From: Takakia lepidozioides
Lineage: Eukaryota > Plantae > Bryophyta
NCBI GenBank assembly: GCA_030704615.1
Contig: CM060734.1
Span: 57,970,001-58,034,000, forward strand
Direction of reading: 5' to 3'
DNA: 64,000 nucleotides
Below, in pieces: positions 35,321 through 47,389 of this stretch. Each line of letters starts with the position of its first letter. The stretch's first letter is position 1. A model generated the notes under the pieces. It did no database searches, was not told the origin of the DNA, and saw nothing but the letters and a program-made list of their open reading frames with translations. Made by a program: the position numbers and the translations under genes.

Positions 35321-36619
35321 TTGGTGGCTGGCAGGTCTTGGTGGTACTTTATGGCATTTGTGCCTTCGGCTATCTGTGTGTATCAAAATACTCAAGAGAA
35401 TAAACAGATATCTGCAAACACCTCTGAAAAAGACTTCATCCCTTCTGTAAGTAATCACCCAATCCTTGGGCACATGATTTTACCGGATGAAGAAAAAGAG
35501 GCAGTGAGAGAATTCTGTGAACAAGTAGAACTCTCACAAGTGGAGCAAGAAAGAGCAGCAAGTGCCACTCCTGGAAATCTGCAATTTGTCCCTTGGTTGC
35601 CTCCCCGTGCAGTTGAATTAGAGGTTGTCAATAACGATCATATGATGTGGCATCCACATGCTAATATCAACCTATTGGCACCCATTTCCATTGAAATGTG
35701 GGTCAAATGGGGCAACATAACTCTTGCTGAACGCAGTAGATGTGCACAAGATGCTAAGGAGGGTCTTCAGAGAATAAAAAAGGAACCTATTGCCGTGGCG
35801 TGGCCACTAAGGACCTTCTACTACAAGCTCCGTGACAAAGGTGAGAACCTTACCTTGAGGACCAAAAATGATTTGCCGACTGGCTCAGCCAGATCCAAGA
35901 ACCATAAGAGTCAACTCTTCAATTGGCATCGTCTCTACATAAGATGCAACTGTGGACAAGGAGGGGCACCCTCTTCTTGCATTGGGAGTGTTGCTTGGTT
36001 TGACCATATGGTTTGGTATATGCTGAACAATCTGATTGTGTTCTTCCCTGATGATGCCTATCCTTCGGTGCAAACCAAGTATTACAATTTTCTGGTATGG
36101 ATCATGCGGGCTGCCAGATCTGCTGTACTGGCACAAATTACCTTCCAGATGACCCGAGGGTTCATAATGGAAGCAGCCTGTGAATTCTCAAATGACCCAC
36201 AAGCCAAGCTGCTTGCGAAGTTAGGAGAATCCAAGGGGGCCAGATACATTGAGACACTCGTGAAACCTGGGTTTTTTTCAGACAGCCTTCCCAGGCCACA
36301 ATTCAATAGCTACAAACGGCAGCGTATGGAGGGGCAGATGCCTCCTCAACAAGGCAAGAACAATACTACTCGGGGAAGAGGTACCCCTGGTCGTGGAAGA
36401 GGTCTCTACCAAAGAGGAGGACGCTCTGGCAGGGGACAGTACTCTACCAACACCTCTGAGAATTCAAGAGCAACGAATCGGTCCTCAACTGGGGGTTCGG
36501 GTGCTAATTCCAGTACCACCATCAACATCGCCAGCCAGGAGTCATACAAGACTCGTCGTATCACTGACGAGTTCTCCCCAATACACAAACGAGACTTTGG
36601 ATCATGGAATGATCTGTAA
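35321..36619 (+). CDS. 432-aa ORF of unknown function with an RGG-rich C-terminal region; likely ORF1 of a retroelement
   Basis: Long intronless open frame containing RGRGTPGRGRGLYQRGGRSGRG. It overlaps the downstream Penelope-like ORF by 227 nt. Confidence 0.6.
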   Translation: MVAGRSWWYFMAFVPSAICVYQNTQENKQISANTSEKDFIPSVSNHPILGHMILPDEEKEAVREFCEQVELSQVEQERAASATPGNLQFVPWLPPRAVELEVVNNDHMMWHPHANINLLAPISIEMWVKWGNITLAERSRCAQDAKEGLQRIKKEPIAVAWPLRTFYYKLRDKGENLTLRTKNDLPTGSARSKNHKSQLFNWHRLYIRCNCGQGGAPSSCIGSVAWFDHMVWYMLNNLIVFFPDDAYPSVQTKYYNFLVWIMRAARSAVLAQITFQMTRGFIMEAACEFSNDPQAKLLAKLGESKGARYIETLVKPGFFSDSLPRPQFNSYKRQRMEGQMPPQQGKNNTTRGRGTPGRGRGLYQRGGRSGRGQYSTNTSENSRATNRSSTGGSGANSSTTINIASQESYKTRRITDEFSPIHKRDFGSWNDL

Positions 36620-37205
36620 AAATCTCATTTTTTGGTATGTTCCTCTACTCTGTATGTGCAGATGCGTATATGTCTTTGAGGATGGTTGCAGACAAATTGA
36701 AACTCATGCCCATGGCAGGAAATTCATAAAACAGGCAGCAAAACCTGCTCCCTTGGGATTCATTCATATGTTATACCCAAACCGTGGTATGGAGTGGATA
36801 CACCCTAAGAACCTGATAAAAGAAGCCTTTCTGGAATTTGGGCAAAATGACTTAGCTATTCTCATCGATGAGATAGTTTTTGGATGGACATATCATAAAC
36901 AAAGCAGTTCTGAATACTATCAGCCTGCTGTTGTTTTCCGTGATTTTTGCTTTATGCAAGACTTAATTCACTCACCAGATTGTCTATGTGACAGTGCCAA
37001 GAGGTTTCATGATTTTCGGGATGTGGATACAAAATCAGAATTCCATCTATCTGGTTCTACACCTACGCAACACGTACGTACCATGGACCTGAATATTATT
37101 AAACATGCAAGGCTGAAAGAAATATTCAGCCTAGGTATGAATCACATCCCTCTCAAACGTACTTTACTAAAAGACGTTGTTGAACAAGTGTCTTTGGCTC
37201 ACTGA
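36393..37205 (+). mobile_element. Truncated ORF resembling the CxC linker/RT N-terminus of Naiad/Chlamys Penelope-like elements
   Basis: DCLCD...F...HVRTMDLNIIKHARLKEIFSLGMNH resembles the CxC...HVxTxDLxII...L...KG pattern, recalled from memory. It breaks off before the RT core. Confidence 0.55.
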
Positions 37206-38977
37206 AGCACCTTCAGACCTGGCCTTATCAGTATTTTGGTTTTCAAGAATTGCTTGCTGGTAGATGTTGTGCGCTTCCTACCTTATACTATGGCAGAGTT
37301 TTGATCTTGAAGTCCTGGAATAACTATCCAGGCTTACATGTGCCTGAAAAAACTCAGCCACGCTTCTACTTTATGAATCTTGCATGTGTCTTGGCACTGA
37401 CAGATCAGTTTCATGCCTACACAGGATGCTGTTTTAGGAAGATGAATGGCTCAAGAACTAGATTATGTAAGGCTTGACCCGTGTCAACAACAAAAAATGA
37501 ATGCTTTATGTCAACTTATGGGGCTTTCAGGATATGAATGACCAGGAATCCCGCCCTCCCACCAAGTCATAAGCCAGATTTCTAACAAAACGAAACATAG
37601 GGCTGAGTACCCTCAAGTAGATATGGGCCTGGAGTGGTATTCCAGGGCCTCATAACAAGCTCTGCTAGTTAAAGAAATGAACTCAGAAACCATTGTCCCC
37701 TATCATGCAATGAAATAGTGGTGATATAAGAGCCTTGAAGAATGTTTGTTATCACAAGGTCTATCTTCTGATCCATCAGAGCCAGGCCATGGTGTTTCAT
37801 TTCAGAGCTTAGTTTCCATGCTGCCAGAGCTATAGCCGCAGCCGCCTGAAGCTGCTGATACCAACTGTTGTTTCAAATCTGCCATCTTGCTGCCTCAAAT
37901 CGGCTTCAAGTCTGCTCTAATGAGGATCACCTTCTTACTCCTTATCCCTGTTTTTGGTTCTTGATAACCACTTCTATATGTTTTGGAGTTAAGACACACA
38001 AGGGACTTCATAGAGAACAAAATCTTTGTTGAAGGCTCTGGCTGTTTTCAACAAAGGTACATGGAGCAGCAATCCCTTATGCATGAATCGGACTCTGCAA
38101 GCTTCAATAATTCAAGACAAGTGAAGACCCTCACCTGTGCCCGTCCCAAAAACCACCACATAGAGATGTGTGTTAGTGAGGATGCATCAGGTGAGTGGCA
38201 GGTTTTCACAGTTGCTATCCACGTCAGTGTTGAATTCTAAAGCATGTACAAATCGTAATCCAAGCAAGGGTACACTCAAAAAAAAAAAAAAACCTTGAGT
38301 GTTTGTGGTATGCCCTGCGCCATGGCGTCCAGTAGATGTCTCCAGCAGAACGTAATCAAAGTAGAAGTGTTCACAGATAGAGAGTAGCTCATACAGAAAG
38401 AGAGCAACATGTAATCTGTGGCTAAGTAGGGATGGAGTACTTCCCAACGAGGAGTAAGAGCGCCGCTGCGAATTTGACAGAATCATAAATTTCTGAGCAG
38501 AGCGATCACTGCATTGTCGACTGCCAGAGAGGAATCTGTCTATCTGCCAATGCGCATCCCAAAAGCCAGCCATCACGAGTACCATGTAGCCGCAAGGGAG
38601 CAGGTTTACACGGCGCATCATCAAGGATCATAGAAGCACGAGTTCTGTGCTGTGAAATATGTCGGCCCGTTTAGGGCACAACTTCCCGATTTCTCATCCA
38701 GGGTGGATGAAAAATCACATTTTAAAGAGATGCACTTTGTTAATGGATGATATCCCATAAAAAGGTATCTTAGGGTTACGGTATAGGCTTAGGTTTAGTA
38801 ACTGCCATCATTTATGATGGTACAAATTACTACCTCTTGGATTTTTAGAATAGGTCACCATTATTCATGTATTTCATCCAGTTTAGATGAAAGAAGCAAA
38901 TAGTAAGTATCATGGCCAAATGAAATCCAAAAAGTTAAAGAGGGAGAGGGAGAGAGGGAGAGAGAGGGAGAGATACC

Positions 38978-39088
38978 TAGAAAGATGTGGTTGGCAGAGA
39001 CGGGCATTGCATATAAGAAGGTGGGGAGCTTAAAGTTGTCTGCCATAAGACCTTTGTCAAAATGCAAGTGGGAGTCCTGCCAGTCTTG
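38978..39088 (-). pseudogene. Lycopene beta-cyclase fragment
   Basis: DWQDSHL...NFKLPTFLYAMPVSANHIFL matches the LCYB consensus DWRDSHL...PTFLYAMP..NRIFLEE. Confidence 0.7.
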
Positions 39089-39321
39089 CCGCAGGCATGC
39101 AGCAATGGTGCCTAACGGCAGGAACTTCAGTGCCACAGGAGGCTGGATGGGAATCGGACGTGAGTGTACCTTCCGCTGCAGGTAGAAGAGAGATGAAGTG
39201 AGAGCTTTCTTAGGTTTGTTTTGTCCATTGGGTTTGTTCTGTGCACTGCTTGTTCATCCTGAGTTTCAAGAAAATCTAGCCTGTGTATGGTGACATACTT
39301 GAGGGATGAGGCCAGCCTTTT

Positions 39322-40644
39322 TCTTCTACAAAACAGAGATTGGAGGTTCCGAAAATTTGCCCTCACCTGATGAGGGTGCTGTGTATATAGCTAACCACCA
39401 AAGCTTTCTGGATATTTACACTGTTCCAGCTGGGACGGCCATTCAAATTCATCAGCAAAACTAGCAATTTCTTAATCCCTATGATTGGGTGGTCCATGTA
39501 CCTGACTGGCCATGTGCCCTTGAAGCGCATGGACAAAAGAAGCCAAATGGTGCGCAGCTCTTCAATTGAGTGTTAGATTTGATACTTGTGGATTTTAGAA
39601 CAGGAGCTGGCTTGGGTTTGCCAGTCTCTTTTATCTGAGAATAGCTTGTCTCACAGATATTGTGGGCTGTGATGGTAACTCTACTGTGAAATTTTATATT
39701 TGGCAACATTTCCTTGCCTACTCCAGAGTAACATCTCACCATGTCTTCTTCACTTGCATGTAAAGTGGGCGGCCAGGCTTAAATATCAGTAGTATTGGAT
39801 GGCAGTTGATCTCTCTGACATTCAGGGTGTTGGGGACCTACTAGATCTCAATGAGGGAGATAGCATGTTTGAAGCTGAAATGGTTGACCATGTCCCACTG
39901 GTGGTCAAAATATCTAAGCTACCTCTTTGCGAATGCAGCCACATATATCTACTATTTGTAAGTATGATCTAGCCAATGTAATCTGGTTTTGTTGCTGCCT
40001 TCTGTACAGGAATGCTTGAAGACATGCCTGAAGCTGGTGAAGCAGGGTGTCCCTGTGTTGCTTTTCCCTGAGGGAATGCACTACGGATGGCAAAATGGCT
40101 GCTTTCAAGGTAAGCTTGTTGTATTCAGATCAGGGAAAGGAGTGTCACTCAAAAGAGGGGAGTAAGTTCAACAGACTACAAAGCAGTACCATTGCTTCTT
40201 CTGCTCTCCACTGGGCTCCTGCTGTCCCAGAGTCAGATTGAAAAAAATCTGGCTGAATCCACATTGATCCAACCATTACAGCTACCTCTGAAACAATTCT
40301 GTGAGACTAGGCTGTGAGAGGAGCTTTTTCCCACGAGTCCTCGTCTCTCTCTTTTTCTCCCAACCAGTGATAGGTGCATTGCTGATGATTGCCATCTTGT
40401 ATGTGGGTTGGCACAGAAAGGGGCGTTCACAGTGGCAGCCAAGGGAAGGGTTCCAGTGGTACCCGTTAGTTTGATAGGAACTGGCAAACTTATGCCCAAT
40501 GGTTTGGAAGGCTCACTACGACCTGGCACTCTCAGAGAAATTATTCACCCTCCCTTGCGTGGAAGCAACGCACACACGCTCTGTGATGAATCAAGGGCTG
40601 TGATAGCTGAGACCCTGCTCAAGCATGGTCTTCCTGTGCATTAA
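39322..40644 (+). pseudogene. Plastid lysophosphatidic acid acyltransferase (LPAT1/ATS2-like), 3' three exons (~39322-39549, 40010-40109, 40418-40644), with frameshifts
   Basis: AVYIANHQSFLDIY (NHx4D), GRPFKFISK, GHVPLKRMD, LFPEG, KGAFTVAAKGRVPVVP. There are 2-nt deletions near 39420 and 40076, and no 5' exons were found. Confidence 0.8.
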
Positions 40645-41346
40645 AACTTTAAGCAATTCTTCAGTTACAGAGAATCCCTTTTTTGAAGGGCTTCCTAGAG
40701 GATATATGGAAAGCCCGAACCAATTGTTTGTATCAAGGTAAGTCACACTACCTCATCAATCTGCTGTCTGTGAGGAGCCCAAAAGTTAACCCCAACAGTG
40801 TCAAATTTGAAGGGACTTGAAAACAAACTCGTGCTGTAGTCTCATTCTCTCGAGTGCAGACGCACAAGACACAATCTTCAAAGGGGGTTTGCTAACGATA
40901 GTGATCAAAGAGAGAGAAGACTCCAGCCGAAGCCACTTCACCTTTCGGGGCCCTCTTTCGGAGGTGGAGGATAGTGATCAAGTAGTTGTGATTGTCATCC
41001 TACAGTGTAGATCACCCTCCTCTGCCTCCCCCTTCTGCCCATGTCTGACTGCGTTCTGGAGTGAAGAGTGAGAAGAGGCGAATAGATGAAGCTTGGGTGG
41101 GCCGGTACTGCTGTCCTTTGTTGGAGCACTATGGAAGAGGTTGCAGCTGTGGATTCGAACCTGCATCATCATTAGGGGGACGTCAGATCTGGTCACCTAG
41201 CTTGAACCCCCTTGTATGATCCTCTTCACCTTACTTCTCCTCTAGCTTTGTGCTGGCTCTATCTTCTAGATGGGGAATGTCACTTTGAGCTTGGCAATAT
41301 ATCATGTTCTCAGACTTTTCAGTATTGTTTACAGTGGAAGTTGCCT

Positions 41347-41684
41347 GGACTGAACCCACAACCACTTCCAAGGTGGTTATGTGCCCATTACCACTCAGCT
41401 ACAACTTGGTTGTCTATGCAGCAACATATTAAGAGGCTAGGTTATGGAGCTGAAACAGGCGTCATCTTGGCAATGAGCCGTGGACGGAGTTCCTTGAATC
41501 TAGATTAATGAACTATTCCTACTCCAGTATTTGCTTCACGGAACTACTTCATGCAACTTCGTGAAAGATCTACAGATTCTGTTTGTGCTAGGTCGACCAT
41601 GAGAGCGACCATGACAGCTTGTTTGTATTGTGGTGACGGTCATCTCTACAGAAATCCAATCCTATTCTTGGAAATATGTCCATG
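41347..41684 (-). mobile_element. Second copy of the extended SINE (inverse of 5600-5932)
   Basis: The ORF-track peptides share GLNPQPLPRWLCAHYHSATTWLSM, and the nucleotide match extends over ~330 bp. Confidence 0.85.
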
Positions 41685-42164
41685 CTTCACACCCAATACA
41701 ATTTTGGTTAGATCTGAGACAATTTTATTCAAAGAATTAATTAGCTGGCGTAGGCAACGCTCCAATGCCAATTGTAAAGTTTGAATTTCCCTTCCAGAAC
41801 TCGAGAATATTGAATACATCTCTCTTGTCGATATGTTGGGATGTCCTTGTCTAGTGACAAGGTCAGGGGCCTATTTTGTTTTCCAGCTACGAGCGAAGAA
41901 GGAGAGCAGCAGCTGAGAAAATACCAAAGCTCTAAGAATGCAATAGCACAAAACACTCAAAAAGAAAAAATTGAAGAGACGATTAGGACTAGTGAATTAC
42001 TTGGGAGGACCGAAATCTAGGTGTGCCTTGATTTTTGCAACTTTTCTTATTTTTGTTGTTTTTTTTTTCTTTTGGATAGACGGTCATATCAGAAAACTCT
42101 TGTGAATTGGAAAATCTTAGGTTGCATGGTGCATATATTGTTTGTATTGGCGTGTTGGAAATCC

Positions 42165-42257
42165 TTGGTTTTGGGTTCAGTCCACCGATTGGTGTCACAA
42201 AGGTGTCCACCTTCCTGCTGGAAGGCATATTCCTTGGGTCAAGAGACACCATAATTT
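42165..42257 (+). mobile_element. SINE fragment (B-box and body)
   Basis: gggttcagtccaccgattggtgtcacaaaggtgtccacctt...gagacaccataattt. Confidence 0.6.
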
Positions 42258-42943
42258 GACCAGCATTACCATCATTTGGGATTATGGAGGAACCACCATC
42301 TCCCTCCCCTTGTACACTAGTTTTTTGGACCTGCATGTTTCTTTAGGATATCGAAATAATTTGGTAACGCAGAGCTATGACAAGAAGGTTTAGTAACTTC
42401 TCCACCTAAAGAAATGGGAACTAGCTCCACCCAAATCTCTGGATGCTTTCTACTCGATAATGAAATTTGACCCATCTCCATTTGATTAATTCACAGGGAC
42501 ATTCTATACAAACATATTACATCCACATGATCGAAGGTCTTACGAAGGAAAAACATAGACATTTCTCCACTATCTCCGTTACATGGACCTAGACATCTAT
42601 ACATTTGAATAGATGGCTTACAGAGCAAGCTCTTGAGGTCCCCAAGAAGTTTGGACCAGCATACAAAGCAAACAAACAAAAATGGCCAAGAAAACTTAGT
42701 GAGTGTGGGGAGTGGAGTCAGTTATGGGCGGTTGTGTGTAGCATTGCAGCTCCCCTGCATGCCCCGTGTGTAGCTCCCTGTGGGTTTTCGAGTTTTTGCT
42801 CTTACATACAAGTAGAAGAGGGTGGCGAGTGAGAGAGAGAGTGGGAGCAAAGTGTGGAGTTGTTCTGCACGGGCTTGTGGTGCAGGTTGGTGTGCTGTGT
42901 GGTAAAGGCAGAGGTAGAGAGTATAGGATTGAGGTGGGGAGAC

Positions 42944-45900
42944 ATGCAGCTGAAGCAGCTGGAGTCCAGTCTGCGCAATGTCAAAAAGTTCGCATCGCCC
43001 AAAGTAAGTGTTTCTTTGTAAAGTCCCCTGCCCAATCTTGGGAAGTACTTCGCCTAAAAAATTGCGACTCCGTCTCTTTCGCTCAGACTCTGAAGATGGC
43101 ATCGTCCTTCCGTGGTGAAGAGTATACGAGAATCTATTAAAACGATAACAACTAATCTTCTTGGCGAGATGCGATTTGTCATTGACTTTTGTTCTAACTA
43201 TTTGATGCAAACCCATGGCCCTTCCTGGTTGGAGCAATGTGAACCCCTCTTTCTGGTCGCCGTATTAGGAGGTCATAACCGGTATCAGTTCCAATCAGCA
43301 GTGCCCTTGGTACTATTGCAAGCAGGTCCTTTGACTGAATGCATATCTCTCTCTAGACCATGGGAGCGCCTGTGGACGTACAAAATTTTCTTTTTTCAGT
43401 TTTCTCCCTTTCCCAGTAGGTATGTAGTAGACAGACGAGTGAGGAGTGATGCAATGGCAACTTTGGACTTGTGAAGGAACAACAGCAGCGTTGTGCCTTG
43501 TGTGTGGGCAGTTTGAGCTGGAGCAATATCCAACGGGGCCTCATATTGCATCCCGCATGCTTTTCATGGTAACTGCATGTTGCCTCTGTCTAATTCACAT
43601 ATTTGAGGGGTATCTTTTGTGGGAGAGGCCTCTTTGCCCGCCTAGACCAGCGCTTGCCTTTCCTCTGCCCTTGTAAACAGAGAGAAAGAGTGCTCTTCTG
43701 GGAGCTGAAAGGGTATGTTGTCCAGGGAGCTGTTATGTCTTGTTTGCAGCAATCTCTTATAAGGGGGTGTTGCTGGGTCCCATTTCACCTTACCCTCTGA
43801 TAAACCATTTGTGTTCTAGAAACTGTCCAACCCGTATGGTATACATGTTGCTCATCTTGGCATTGTATGATCAGGCAGAGAGAACCTATGGGGACATAGT
43901 TGGCAAGGTTGTGGCTGACTTTGGCTGTGGTTGCGGCACCCTCGCCATTGCTGCTTCTTTGTCTGAGGCAGGGTAAACCATCTCAGCTCTTATTCATGCT
44001 AAACCCTTACCCTATTTCTCTGTCTGCCATGAGTACCAATCCTCCTTTTGGAGTCAGGAGCCTTCAATATGCAGGACCACCCATCTATTGCCAGGGCTCT
44101 CTCTCTCTCTCCCTCTCTCTCTCTCTCTTTTTCCATGTGCAGTCATTCTTCCATTCTTTGTTGTCTATCTGCTTTTGGGCCTCCGGAGATTTAATAATTT
44201 AATATTTTTCCCGTCTCTTGCTCTCTACACATGTGCACACACATCTGTAGTTCAACACAGTGAGAATCTGTCTGAAAGGCGCCAGGTGGGGTTTGCAGGC
44301 AGGTTGTAGGGGTTGAATTGGATGCAGATGCAGTGACCCTTGCTCAGCAGAACTGCATGGCACTCGAGGTACCTTGTCGATTGATTGCCAAGTGGCCCAA
44401 GAGAGTAATAGCTTTGTGTATGCTAGTTACCAAATTTCACTGCTCTTATGATTTGTGAGTTTGTCCTAAATTCGTATTTTGTACATGTCATGGTTCATCT
44501 CCTCATGGCTGAAGTCATTCATTCATCAACAATCTTAGCAACAACTGGTGTTTTGATTCAATAGGCGAAGCAGAATATTTCCGTCACATTCATGGGGTTT
44601 TGGGTTGTCGACTTAGAATGGTCATTGTGTGACAAACAGGAATGGGTATGGAGAATGCTAAGCATGGGGAAGGTTGGAAGCAGGTAGAGGTGGATCTGAT
44701 GCAGGCCAACCTTGCAAAGTTGCCATGGAGAGGTAACCTCTAGCTGTCAAAACTGAGTGGACTGTATTTACCCTTCCTCCACTTTTATCATTTGTCAATG
44801 CAATCAATTAATCTCTTCCTGTTGCAGGTTCTTTTGTGGACACGGTTGTGATGAATCCTCCATTTGGAACCCCACGCAAAAATGTCGATATGGAGTTTCT
44901 ATCAGCAGCTCTCAAGGTTGTCACTGTCACCAACCAGAATGGAGGGTCCGAATGATTGCTAGCAGATTCTGCTCTGAGAAAATCAAACAATTGTTTTTAG
45001 ATGAGGCATTTCTTTCTGCTGAAGGGGTTTTGGTTTCTTGCTACCTCTTTACCAAGTTCCTCACATAACAAGTTCAGATTCTTCTAGATTCTACCTGCAT
45101 TCAGTTCCCACAGATGTTTCCAAGCATTCAACTAAGGCCTGTACAATGGGGGCTGGCAACAAGATTTAAAACTTAGACTTCAGGTCTCTGAATCAGGCTC
45201 CTCACTGTTTAAGAACAAGTACGATGGAGTCGCTGCTTTTCTCCACACTTTGGCCTGCCTAGTGGTTATCAAATGTGTAGATAGGGTGCTGGCTTTCAGA
45301 AGTAAACTTCATATTCATTCTTGGGTTGGCAAGTTATGCCATGAAACAAATTCTGCAGATTCACATCTCAGTCATTTTCTCCACTTCTGACCAGGTTGCA
45401 GGAACAGCTGTCTATTCATTGCACCTGAGTACAAGAAGAGTGGTCTCTCTCTGTTCCTGTCTCTCTCTCTTTCTTCTCTCAAGTTCCTTTCTTTTGCGTA
45501 CTTGGTTTTGTTGTGTGCATTCGCCCTCTGCTGGCCTTTTTAATCAAGGTCCTGACAAAAGTTTGGACAGTTTGGACCAAATGAATGAGTGACAAGACAT
45601 GAACGGCATCTGTGGCAGCAAGTGGAGCGTATGGCTTTGCAAGACTTTGGAGCCAAAACTGCTGAAGTTTTGTGTGAGGTATGTTGGTCACTAACTCCAC
45701 CCTCACCGGTTCTTTGGGAAAGTGGCCACAGTTAGTGTGTGTGCTCCCTCTTCCATTCACCCTGCCCTCCTCTTGAAAAGACAACCTGCTACTGTTTGCC
45801 AGCTTTTGAGGAATATATGTCACTTCACAGGAACTTGCAGGGGTCAATTGTGTAACCCATTCTTGTGTAGCAGGTTTTACATCTTGCTCCCCCAGGGCTT

Positions 45901-46187
45901 TGATGAGCTCAAGCTTCAAGGAGCTCTTCAATCCCAAATTCCTCTTAACTACGATTCTGGCAATCATGGAGTGATAGCATTCTTATCTATTTCCCAGCAA
46001 TATTTCCAAGATTTATAGTACGTTTGAGCTGACCTACGGTCTGGGCTTGATCCAGTGCTAAAAAACATCTTCCTTCTGTATGTAGCTGAGGTACGAACTT
46101 CCAGCCCCTTACCTCAAAGAGGAGCCCCATGTGGACATAGCTGTGGACATTTGGCGTTTCACTCCCCGACAGCTCCTACCCCTGTGA
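42944..46187 (+). CDS. METTL5: 18S rRNA m6A methyltransferase METTL5, 9 exons (approx. 42944-43003, 43512-43568, 43875-43972, 44299-44368, 44684-44732, 44828-44916, 45396-45439, 45618-45677, 46086-46187)
   Basis: MQLKQLES, LEQYPTGPHIASRML, VADFGCGCG (SAM motif), VVMNPPFGT (catalytic NPPF), AVYSLH, VDIAVDIWRF. Internal exon edges are approximate. Confidence 0.9.
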
Positions 46188-46370
46188 ATCATAATATAGG
46201 ACGTCCATCAAGTGGATAGAAATGAAGTACCAAAAGGCATTGCAAGGAAGCTTTCAAGCACAGTTAGCTATGGACAGTTTTGGCGTTTCACTCCCCAACA
46301 GCTCTACCACTGTGAATCATAATAGGAGGTCCATGAAGTGGATAGAATTGAAGTACCAAAAGGCATTGCA
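46138..46370 (+). repeat. Tandem ~105-bp duplication of the METTL5 stop region
   Basis: 46138-46243 versus 46265-46370 (ttggcgtttcactcccc...gaagtaccaaaaggcattgca). Confidence 0.85.
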
Positions 46371-47389
46371 TCTTCTCTCTAAGTTTCCACCATCCACAGT
46401 GGGTAATTTTCTTCCATTTCAACTCTGAGGGTCCTAAATTGGGTATCATCGAGCTACTGTACAGCGCCAAAGCCCTAATATCTTTCAAAGTTTTGTGGAC
46501 ATCTACAGTGAGGACACAAACATATAAAAGCACAGAGGGAACATCACTGTATACAGGATAGAGAAAGAGAGCCGCGGGAGTGTTGGTTTATAAGGGTCTC
46601 TCATCAATAAGTTTGCTTTTGAAGTCTTGCCCGATTTTCTCTAAGACATATATGTGCCGAAACCTGTGCTCAGAACCCCTATGGAAGTGTGACTTCCTTG
46701 TGCCCTGCATCAGTCCTCAGTATCACGAGGGTACCTGCCCTACGGTAAGTGGCATCCCTTGGGTGCCCGCAGGATTTCAGTCCGCTGAGTCACTGAACCA
46801 TCGAAGAGACTCCTTCACAGGATTCTCTATGCACAATGCAAGGCAATGAAGACCAAATCCATAGGAAATGGATGTTGTATGAATCAAACATTTCTGGTCA
46901 GGAATCTGCAGAGTAATGATCACAGTTTGTAGGGCAATGGATCAAAGTGGTGCACCTGCTGGATCCCTTTTACAATCTCACAAGAATAAGTTGCAGGCAG
47001 CTCACAAGTAGAAAAAGGAAGGTCTCACAAGAGTTCCAGGAAGTAATGCATGGGGTGGATATATCTGTGGTTATGTCTAGTCGTTGAGGCCTCTTGCAAC
47101 ACCTGAAGACACAATTGAAGTACCCCAACGAGCTTCCATATTGCAAAAGGTGTAAACATGTGAACAGACATAAGAAGGTTGCAGGATGAAAATAACCTTA
47201 CTGTTGTCCTTTATCAACTGCAAGGCATAGCTCTTGTTAGTAGCATACAACTTGACACCCAGGTTTGTTGCTAGTACATTCGTAGATAAGGTTTCCTAGG
47301 AAAGATCGCAGCTTCCCAGAGTTCTTATGGCCAATCAGAACGAAACGAATGTAAGCCAAGCTGCTTGTCTCTTGTCTCGTAGCTTGCAG

